18,334 nt of DNA from Candidatus Eiseniibacteriota bacterium (GTDB taxonomy: Bacteria; Eisenbacteria; RBG-16-71-46; DASYSL01). Numbering within the stretch: position 1 is the first letter of the stretch; every line of letters starts with the position of its first letter. The DNA is taken from the NCBI GenBank assembly GCA_046598045.1, contig JBKJJJ010000016.1, positions 1 to 18,334 of the forward strand, read 5' to 3'. The position numbers and the translations under genes are program-made. A model generated the notes under the pieces. The model was not told the origin of the DNA and did not search any database. It was given only the letters and a program-made list of their open reading frames with translations. Below are positions 1 through 8,376 of the stretch, piece after piece.

Positions 1-1
1 C

Positions 2-814
2 CTGCTGGTGGTCGATCACGTCCGGGTCGACGCGAAGGGCCAGTCCCTCAAGTCGAGCCGCCGAAGGGACGTCGAGATCCTCCTCGGGAGCGAGGGCCTG
101 CTCCCGGCGTTCCAGGAGGGCCTGCTCGGCGCCTCGGTCGGGGAGAGCCGAACCCTCAAGGTTTCCTACCCCGCCGAGTTCGCCAACGCCGAGCTCGCCG
201 GGAAAGACGTGCAATTCCACGTCAAGGTGCGCAAAATCAGGGAGAAGAAAGCCCGGCAACGGGACGATAACTGGGCCAGGGAGACCTTCGGGGTCGACAG
301 CCTCGAGGGCCTCGTCGCCCGGATCCGCCTCAACCTCGAGGGTGAAGCCAAGTTGGCGTCGCGCCGGGAGGCCGAGGAGGCACTGGTGGAGGCGATCGTG
401 GACCGGAACAACGTTCCGGTGCCGGAGCGCTGGCTGGAGCGCAAGACCGAGGAGGAGCTCGACGAGCTCGTGCGCCGCGCCGGGCAGCCGGTGCCGGAGG
501 GCGAGCTGGCCGACCTCAAGGCCCGCGTGGGCAAGGCGCTCGAGCGGCAGGTCCAGCGGGAGTTCCTGCTCGACGCGATCGCGCGGCAGGAGAACCTGGT
601 GGTCACCGACCCCGAGGTCGGCGAGGAACTGGGCAAGTTGCTCGCCGCGGGCGGGCGGGTTGCGCAGGAATTCCGGGCGCTTTCGCCCGAGCAGCGCCGG
701 AGTCGTGTCAAGGATGTGCTGGAACGCCGGAAGGTCTTCGACTTCCTCCTCGAGCACGCACAGGTGACCGAGGAGAAGGCATCCAACGAATCGACGCTCG
801 TCGCCGGGGCCTGA
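2..814 (+). CDS. tig: Trigger factor, 5'-truncated by the window edge
   Basis: Frame open from base 2. FKBP-type segment (LLPAFQEGLLGASVGESRTLKVSYPAEFANAELAGKDVQFHVKV) is followed by a helical C-domain ending RKVFDFLLEHAQV. Canonical position upstream of clpP. Confidence 0.93.
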   Translation: MLVVDHVRVDAKGQSLKSSRRRDVEILLGSEGLLPAFQEGLLGASVGESRTLKVSYPAEFANAELAGKDVQFHVKVRKIREKKARQRDDNWARETFGVDSLEGLVARIRLNLEGEAKLASRREAEEALVEAIVDRNNVPVPERWLERKTEEELDELVRRAGQPVPEGELADLKARVGKALERQVQREFLLDAIARQENLVVTDPEVGEELGKLLAAGGRVAQEFRALSPEQRRSRVKDVLERRKVFDFLLEHAQVTEEKASNESTLVAGA

Positions 815-862
815 CCCGGGGGCGGGAAGCAGCCAACGCACACGGACGGAGAACCATTCGCC

Positions 863-1504
863 ATGGCCCTCGTGCCCATCGTCGTCGAACAGACCAGCCG
901 CGGAGAGCGCGCGTACGACATCTTCTCGCGCCTGCTCAAGGACCGCATCGTCTTCATCGGGACGCCGATCGACGACCAGATCGCGAACCTGGTGATCGCG
1001 CAGCTCCTGTTCCTCGAGGCCGAGGATCCGGACCGGGACATCTGGCTCTACATCAACTCGCCGGGCGGCGTGGTCACGGCCGGCCTGGCGATCTACGACA
1101 CCATGAAGTTCATCAAGCCCGACGTGGCGACCTATTGCATGGGCCAGGCCGCCTCGATGGGCGCGGTGCTGCTCGCCGGCGGCGCGCATGGCAAGCGCTC
1201 GGCGCTGCCGAACTCGCGGATCATGATCCACCAGCCGCTCGGCGGGACCCAGGGCCAGGCCTCGGACATCGAGATCTACACCAAGGAGATGCTCAAGACG
1301 CGCGAGCAGCTCAACGGCATCCTGGCGTTCCATACCCGGCAGCCGCTCGAGCGCATCGAGCGCGATACGGATCGCAACTTCTTCATGTCCGCCGAGGAGG
1401 CCAGCGTGTACGGCATCGTCGACCACGTGATCAACAAGCGCACCGATACCAACGCGCCGACCCCGATCCCCGCGCCCTCGTCGGCGCCGGCGCCGGCCCG
1501 CTGA
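863..1504 (+). CDS. clpP: ATP-dependent Clp protease proteolytic subunit (variant triad S98/H123/N172)
   Basis: [43 protein letters not shown] and MIHQP motifs. GGAG upstream. Confidence 0.98.
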   Translation: MALVPIVVEQTSRGERAYDIFSRLLKDRIVFIGTPIDDQIANLVIAQLLFLEAEDPDRDIWLYINSPGGVVTAGLAIYDTMKFIKPDVATYCMGQAASMGAVLLAGGAHGKRSALPNSRIMIHQPLGGTQGQASDIEIYTKEMLKTREQLNGILAFHTRQPLERIERDTDRNFFMSAEEASVYGIVDHVINKRTDTNAPTPIPAPSSAPAPAR

Positions 1505-1505
1505 C

Positions 1506-2765
<1,260 letters not shown>

Positions 2766-2784
2766 GCTAAAGATAGGAGATTCC

Positions 2785-5304
2785 GTGAGCGATCCGAAGG
2801 ATCCGAAGAAGCGCCCGGCGGCGAAGGCCGAAGGCAACGTCATCGACCCCAAGGCCGACCTCGAATCGGCCGAGGGGTCGAAGGCCAACGGGCGCAAGAG
2901 CCAGAAGCTCTCCATGACCCGCGGGGACGAGACGTTCGAGTTCCAGGACCGCCTGCCGGTCCTGCCGCTGCGCGACGTCGTGGTGTTCCCGTACATGACG
3001 ATCCCGCTGCTCGTCGGCCGCGTGCCGTCGATCAACGCGGTCGAGCGCGCCGTGTCGCGCGACCGGGTGCTGCTGTGCGTCGCCCAGAAGCGCTCCGAGG
3101 TGGCCGATCCCGGCCCCGACGAGCTGCACGAGGTCGGCACGGTGGTGCGCGTGCTGCAGTTGTTCCGCCTGCCCGACGGCACGCTGCGCGTGCTGGTCGA
3201 GGGCATCGTGCGCGCGAACGCGTCCAAGTACCACTGGACCGGCGATGCCTACACCTGCCAGATCGAGCTCGTGCCCGAGAACGAGTCCGCGCCGCCCGAA
3301 GTCGAGGCCCAGATGCGCAACGTCCTCGCCGCCTTCAACGAGTATGTGCACCTCAATCGCCGCATCCCGGACGAAGTCCTGATGACGGCGAACAACATCA
3401 CGGACCCGAGCACGCTGGCGCACACGGTGGGGGCGCAGCTGCTGATCAAGGCGCAGGCCAAGCAGAAGGTCCTCGAGACGCTGCCGGCGGCCGAGCGGCT
3501 GAAGATGCTCGCCGCGACGCTCGCTTCGGAGCTCGAGATCGTCAAGCTCGAGCGCAAGATCGAGGGCCAGGTGCGCTCGCAGGTGCACAAGAACCAGAAG
3601 GAGTTCTATCTCAACGAGCAGCTCAAGGCGATCCGCAAGGAGCTCGGCTACCAGAACGAGTTCTCGAGCGAACTCGAGGACCTCGCGGTGCAGATCCGGC
3701 GCGCGCGCATGCCGAAGGAAACCCACACGCGCGCGATGAAGGAACTCGATCGCCTGAGCAAGATGTCGTTCATGTCGCCCGAGGCCACGGTCGTGCGCAA
3801 CTACCTCGACTGGCTGGTGGCGCTGCCGTGGAACAAGCAGACCAAGGACCACGACGACATCAAGGCGGTCTCGAAGATCCTGGACGAGGACCACTTCGGC
3901 CTCAAGAAGGTCAAGGAGCGCATCCTCGAGCACATCGCGGTGATCAAGCTCACGGGCGAGAACAAGGGCCCGATCCTGTGCTTCGTCGGCCCGCCCGGCG
4001 TGGGCAAGACCTCGCTCGGCAAGTCGATCGCGCGCGCGCTCGGACGGAAGTTCATCCGCGTGTCGCTCGGCGGCGTGCATGACGAGGCCGAGATCCGCGG
4101 TCACCGGCGCACCTACATCGGGTCGCTGCCGGGTCGCATCATCCAGAGCCTCAAGAAGGCCGGCTCCAGGAATCCGTTGTTCCTGCTCGACGAGGTCGAC
4201 AAGCTGGGTTCGGACTTCCGGGGCGACCCGGCGTCGGCGCTGCTCGAGGTGCTCGATCCCGAGCAGAACCACTCGTTCACCGACCACTACCTCGAGGTCG
4301 AGTTCGACCTCTCGAAGGTGATGTTCGTGTGCACGGCGAACTCGCTCTACACGATCCCGCCGGCGCTGCAGGACCGCATGGAGATCATTCGCCTGCCGGG
4401 CTACCTCGATGACGAGAAGCTCGCGATCGGGCAACGCTTCCTGCTGCCCAAGGCCAAGAAGTCGGCCGGCCTGGCGGACAAGGACCTCAAGATCGAGCCC
4501 GCCGCCATCAAGGCGATCGCCCGCGGCTACACGCGCGAGGCGGGGGTGCGCAACCTCGAGCGCGAGCTCAACCTGATCTGCCGCAAGGTCGCGCGCAAGA
4601 AGGCGGGCGGGGAGCTGACGAAGCCGCTCAAGGTGGTCGAGGCGACGCTGCCCGAGCTGCTGGGCCCGCCGCGCTTCGTCGACCAGCCGGTCGAGAAGAA
4701 GGGCCGGGTCGGCATCGCGACCGGGCTGGCGTGGACCGAGTCGGGCGGCGACATCATGACGTTCGAGGTCTCGATCCTGCCGGGCAAGGGCGAGCTGCTG
4801 CTCACCGGGCAGCTCGGCGACGTCATGCGCGAGTCGGCGCAGGCGGCGATGAGCTACATCCGCTCGCGCGCGGCCAAGCTCGGACTCGACAAGAGCTTCC
4901 ATCGCGAGATCGACATCCACGTGCACGTGCCCGAGGGCGCGATCCCCAAGGACGGCCCGTCCGCCGGCATCACCATGGCGACGGCGATCGTCTCGGCGCT
5001 GACCGGGATCCCGACGCGCGGCGACGTGGCCATGACCGGGGAGATCACGCTCAGGGGCCGGGTCCTGCCGATCGGCGGCCTGAACGAGAAGACCGTCGCG
5101 GCCCGCCGCATGGGGCTCAAGCAGATCGTGCTGCCCAAGGGCAACGCCAAGGACCTGGCGGACTTGCCGGACGATGTGCGGAACGGCCTCGAGTTCTCGT
5201 TCGTCGAGAACATGGACGAAGTGCTTGACATCACCCTCGAGCGGGGTCTAAAAACAAAGGCGTCGAGAAGGGACGAGGGTCACGGCGTCAGTCTCGCCCA
5301 CTGA
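2785..5304 (+). CDS. lon: Lon (LonA) ATP-dependent protease
   Basis: [14 protein letters not shown]-domain, Walker [27 protein letters not shown], catalytic PKDGPSAG and GGLNEK. AGGAG at 2775-2779 precedes the GTG start. Confidence 0.98.
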   Translation: MSDPKDPKKRPAAKAEGNVIDPKADLESAEGSKANGRKSQKLSMTRGDETFEFQDRLPVLPLRDVVVFPYMTIPLLVGRVPSINAVERAVSRDRVLLCVAQKRSEVADPGPDELHEVGTVVRVLQLFRLPDGTLRVLVEGIVRANASKYHWTGDAYTCQIELVPENESAPPEVEAQMRNVLAAFNEYVHLNRRIPDEVLMTANNITDPSTLAHTVGAQLLIKAQAKQKVLETLPAAERLKMLAATLASELEIVKLERKIEGQVRSQVHKNQKEFYLNEQLKAIRKELGYQNEFSSELEDLAVQIRRARMPKETHTRAMKELDRLSKMSFMSPEATVVRNYLDWLVALPWNKQTKDHDDIKAVSKILDEDHFGLKKVKERILEHIAVIKLTGENKGPILCFVGPPGVGKTSLGKSIARALGRKFIRVSLGGVHDEAEIRGHRRTYIGSLPGRIIQSLKKAGSRNPLFLLDEVDKLGSDFRGDPASALLEVLDPEQNHSFTDHYLEVEFDLSKVMFVCTANSLYTIPPALQDRMEIIRLPGYLDDEKLAIGQRFLLPKAKKSAGLADKDLKIEPAAIKAIARGYTREAGVRNLERELNLICRKVARKKAGGELTKPLKVVEATLPELLGPPRFVDQPVEKKGRVGIATGLAWTESGGDIMTFEVSILPGKGELLLTGQLGDVMRESAQAAMSYIRSRAAKLGLDKSFHREIDIHVHVPEGAIPKDGPSAGITMATAIVSALTGIPTRGDVAMTGEITLRGRVLPIGGLNEKTVAARRMGLKQIVLPKGNAKDLADLPDDVRNGLEFSFVENMDEVLDITLERGLKTKASRRDEGHGVSLAH
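5225..5254 (+). promoter_or_regulatory. Putative sigma70-type promoter embedded in the lon 3' end
   Basis: TTGACA (5225-5230), 18-nt spacer, TAAAAA (5249-5254). It is written with A/T-ending codons (CTT, GGT, CTA, AAA, ACA) that are rare elsewhere in lon. Confidence 0.5.
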
Positions 5305-5442
5305 CCTTCTGGCGGAGGGATCCGACCCTTCCTGAGTGTCGGCTGCAGGACCAGCCGGCAAACCGGGCCGCAAGGCCCGGACCGTGCGAAGCGAAGCGGC
5401 CCCCGTTGAGGCCACGGCACGATGCCGTGGCCTCACGCTTTT
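5261..5442 (+). ncRNA. Candidate structured RNA (3'-derived sRNA or attenuating leader), family unassigned
   Basis: Consecutive hairpins at 5287-5305, 5314-5332, 5337-5360 and 5363-5380 (GCAA tetraloop), lying between a putative promoter and a terminator. Confidence 0.35.
5407..5442 (+). terminator. Probable intrinsic terminator after lon
   Basis: Perfect 13-bp stem TGAGGCCACGGCA-CGA-TGCCGTGGCCTCA followed by CGCTTTT. Confidence 0.75.
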
Positions 5443-5454
5443 CCGACCCGGGGC

Positions 5455-5484
5455 TTGACGCCCGCATCGCAATTGCCCCAGAAT
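5455..5484 (+). promoter_or_regulatory. Putative sigma70-type promoter for the FG-GAP gene
   Basis: TTGACG-N18-CAGAAT just downstream of the terminator, about 50 nt before ATG 5537. Confidence 0.45.
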
Positions 5485-5536
5485 CTTGCTCCCCAGTCGA
5501 TCGACCTGCCTCATGCCCTTGCCCGAGGGTTCCCTC

Positions 5537-8365
5537 ATGCTCGGTGATCAATTCGGTGTCTTGCTGGCCGTGCCTCTTGTGGTCGCATGGATCGCCGCGC
5601 CCGCGCTTGCCACCCCGAGCGTGCTCGGTCCGCGCCTCGATCTCGCCACCCCGGCCGAGCCGCGCGCGGTCGCGATCGGCGACTTGAACGGCGACGGCCA
5701 TCCCGACATCGCTGTGGCGTGCGCCGCCGACAGCTTCGTCGCCCTGTTCTTCGGGCACGGGGACGGCACGTTCGAGCCGCGCGTCGATCTCGTCGCCGGG
5801 ACGAACCCCCTGAGCATCGGCATCGTGGACTGGGACCAGGACGGGAAGAACGATTTCCTGGTCGGCACCGCAGGCGCCTCGCCGCGGCTCAAGGTTTTCC
5901 TCGGCGACGGGACCGGCGGCTTCGTGCCGGGGGCGTCGGTCGCCACCCCGGGCGGGGGTGTCCGGCTCGCGTTCGCCGATTTCAACTCGGACGGAAGGCC
6001 CGACCTTGCCGGCGTCGCGAGCGCCGGAGCGTCCTTCGGCTTCGTGGAGCTGTCGGTCCCGGGGGGCGGGTTCGGCGCGCAGCGGACCCTGGATGGGGGG
6101 GCGGGAGCCAGCTACTCGATCGTGGCGACACCGCTGAACGGCGACGCCACCGTCGACGTGTTCCTGCCGCGCTACTGCGGGAGTTGTCCGAGCAAGACCT
6201 ACGCCGGGGATGGCACCGGCAATTTTGGGTTCGGCGTGAATGCCCTCGATGCGCCGCTCTCGTTCGACGCCGCTGCCCTCGACTACGACGGCGACGCGCG
6301 CCAGGATCTCGTCGTGACCGGCGGCGTGCCGCCCGGCGCGAATGGCAAGCTCCGATTCTTTCGCAACAATGGAACCGGCTTCTCCCCGGGCTTGGAGCTC
6401 GACTTTCCCGGAGTGCTCACGTCGGTCGCGGTCGCCGATTTCGACGGCAATGGCGCGCTCGACCCGATCGTGGAGCGGTCCTCCCCGGGCGGCCTGAGCC
6501 TCGTGCTCTTGAGCTGCTCCGGGGTCCCCGAGGTGCAGTCGTACGACACAGGCGCCGGCCCGTATGGGATCGCCGCCGGCGATCTCGACCAGGACGGCCA
6601 CCCGGACGTGGTCACCGCGAACATCCTCGGGGCAGGCATCTCGATCCGACTCGGCGTGGCCAGCGTTCCGCGCAGCTGCGTCTCGAGCGTCAGCGCCTAC
6701 ACGCCGGCGCTCGACTTCGGACTGGAGGACCAGGGGCACACCACCACGATGAACGTCCTGGTCACCAGCGGGGGGCCATCGCCACTCCACGTGACCGGCC
6801 TCTCAACGGGCAACCCGGAGTTCACCGTGCTGCCCTATCCGATCGGGAGCGGCATCGCGGCCGGCCAGAGCAGCGCGATTGGAGTGCGCTTCAACCGGCT
6901 CGCGACCGGACCCCTTGCGGGATCGCTCACGGTCTCGACCGACGACCCCGCCCAGCCCGAGCTGCAGGTCGCGCTCTCGGGCTACTCGCTCGCCCCGACC
7001 ACGATGGCGTTCAGCCCGGGCGTCCTGGCGACGCCGACGCTGTCCGCGTCGGACACGGCGCTCCAGGAACTGGTCGTGCGCAACAATGGACTCTCGCTGC
7101 TGCACGTCCAGCCGAGCATCTCGAGCGTCGGATACGACGTGCCCGCCGCATTGCGCACGCCCGCGCCGATCGTGGACGCCACCGCGCCGCTCCCTCGGGA
7201 CATGTTCGATGCCGGGGGATTTCTCTGGGACATCCAGCCCGATGGGTCCGTGGGCACCGGGACCGACGGCGCGTTCAGCAACGGGCTGCGGCGATCCGGC
7301 TTTCCCCCGCAAGCGAGCGCGAGGTTCGAGGACGGCAACCGGACGCTGGTGCTCGGGCCGGTCACGCTGCCCAATGGTCTCCAGCTCGTGCGCAAGGTCT
7401 TCGTCTCGCCGAGCACCCCGTTCGCGCGCTGGACGGAGATCGTGAGCAATTCCGGCGCCGTGCCCCAGACCTACCACGCAATCGTGCTGAGCACACTCGG
7501 AGGGCCGATCGGCGAGCCTCCGAGGACATCGAGCGGCGATGGCGTGTTGACGACCGCAGACGACTGGATCGTCCTGAGTGACGGCGATGACGCCGGTGGC
7601 CGCCCCGCGATCGCCCAGGTCTTCGCGGCTTCCAAGCGCCCGACCTCTACGCAACTCGCGGGCAGCGGCAATTCCACGACGCTGGGGTGGGATCTCGTCG
7701 TCCCCCCGGCGGGCGTCGTGGCGGTTGCGCACTGGACGGCACAGGCCGTGGCACGGGTTGACGCGCTCGCGCTCGCACAAGGTCTCTCGCAGCTCGGGCT
7801 CGGCGCGCTCGAGGGCCTCGACGCCTCGGAGCAGGCGCTCCTGTTCTCGAACCAGACCGGGCAGTTGTTCGGCGTTACGCCCGCGTCGCTGCAGCTCGCG
7901 CCGGGCGACAGCGCGGTCCTGACCGTGCACTATCGCGCTTCGGTGTACTTCGGATCGCCAGTGGAAGCGCACGGCGTGCTTCACCTGGCGAGCAACGACG
8001 CCCTTCATCCGGACACGACGCTCGCGCTCGCGCTGCATGTCGTTGCCCCGTCGGACTCAGGCGACGTCGTCGGCGTCGATCCGGGACCGGGCCCGCGCCT
8101 GGCGCTGCGCGGCCTGGTGCCGAATCCGCAGGCGAGTCGCGCCGGAGCGACGATCGCGTACACGCTTTCCGGCGCCGCGCCGGCGCGCCTCGAGATGTTC
8201 GACGTGCGGGGGCGGCGGATCTGGAGCCGGGATCTCGAGGCACCGCGCGCGGGCGAGGGGATGATTCGGCTCGCGGCGGGGCCGCGGGCGGCCCCGGGCG
8301 TGGTCTGGATCCGGCTCACCCAAGGGGGCAAAGTGTCGACCCGCAAGGGGATCCTGCTGCCCTGA
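5537..8365 (+). CDS. Secreted FG-GAP (VCBS-like) repeat protein with Ig-like domains and a C-terminal FlgD-Ig/T9SS-A-like domain
   Basis: ATG 5537 follows GAGGG and gives a signal peptide ending PALA. Seven DxNxDGxxD-type repeats (e.g. GDLNGDGHPDIAV, ADFNSDGRPDLA, GDLDQDGHPDVVT). ASH/choice-of-anchor-D-like segment (LDFG...STDDP). C-terminal VPNP...IAYTL...LEMFDVRGRRI...PGVVWIRL. Confidence 0.85.
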   Translation: MLGDQFGVLLAVPLVVAWIAAPALATPSVLGPRLDLATPAEPRAVAIGDLNGDGHPDIAVACAADSFVALFFGHGDGTFEPRVDLVAGTNPLSIGIVDWDQDGKNDFLVGTAGASPRLKVFLGDGTGGFVPGASVATPGGGVRLAFADFNSDGRPDLAGVASAGASFGFVELSVPGGGFGAQRTLDGGAGASYSIVATPLNGDATVDVFLPRYCGSCPSKTYAGDGTGNFGFGVNALDAPLSFDAAALDYDGDARQDLVVTGGVPPGANGKLRFFRNNGTGFSPGLELDFPGVLTSVAVADFDGNGALDPIVERSSPGGLSLVLLSCSGVPEVQSYDTGAGPYGIAAGDLDQDGHPDVVTANILGAGISIRLGVASVPRSCVSSVSAYTPALDFGLEDQGHTTTMNVLVTSGGPSPLHVTGLSTGNPEFTVLPYPIGSGIAAGQSSAIGVRFNRLATGPLAGSLTVSTDDPAQPELQVALSGYSLAPTTMAFSPGVLATPTLSASDTALQELVVRNNGLSLLHVQPSISSVGYDVPAALRTPAPIVDATAPLPRDMFDAGGFLWDIQPDGSVGTGTDGAFSNGLRRSGFPPQASARFEDGNRTLVLGPVTLPNGLQLVRKVFVSPSTPFARWTEIVSNSGAVPQTYHAIVLSTLGGPIGEPPRTSSGDGVLTTADDWIVLSDGDDAGGRPAIAQVFAASKRPTSTQLAGSGNSTTLGWDLVVPPAGVVAVAHWTAQAVARVDALALAQGLSQLGLGALEGLDASEQALLFSNQTGQLFGVTPASLQLAPGDSAVLTVHYRASVYFGSPVEAHGVLHLASNDALHPDTTLALALHVVAPSDSGDVVGVDPGPGPRLALRGLVPNPQASRAGATIAYTLSGAAPARLEMFDVRGRRIWSRDLEAPRAGEGMIRLAAGPRAAPGVVWIRLTQGGKVSTRKGILLP

Positions 8366-8376
8366 TCGCGGGCGGG

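Noticed and set aside
815..845. GGAAGCAGCCAA resembling the SRP RNA core
   Set aside because: The upstream CAGG-stem-GNRA half and the long enclosing helix are absent, and the spacer is only 48 bp.
5305..5400. Firm call as SAM-I or c-di-GMP-I riboswitch, 6S RNA or tRNA
   Set aside because: It lacks the SAM-I AUC/GAU P1 and exact GCAACC/GGUGC, the GEMM GCAAAG junction and tetraloop receptor, the 6S long rod, and a tRNA T-loop. Kept only as an unassigned candidate.
5486..5536. TTG 5486 start for the FG-GAP gene
   Set aside because: It lies at the predicted promoter and has no RBS. ATG 5537 has GAGGG upstream and gives a clean signal peptide.
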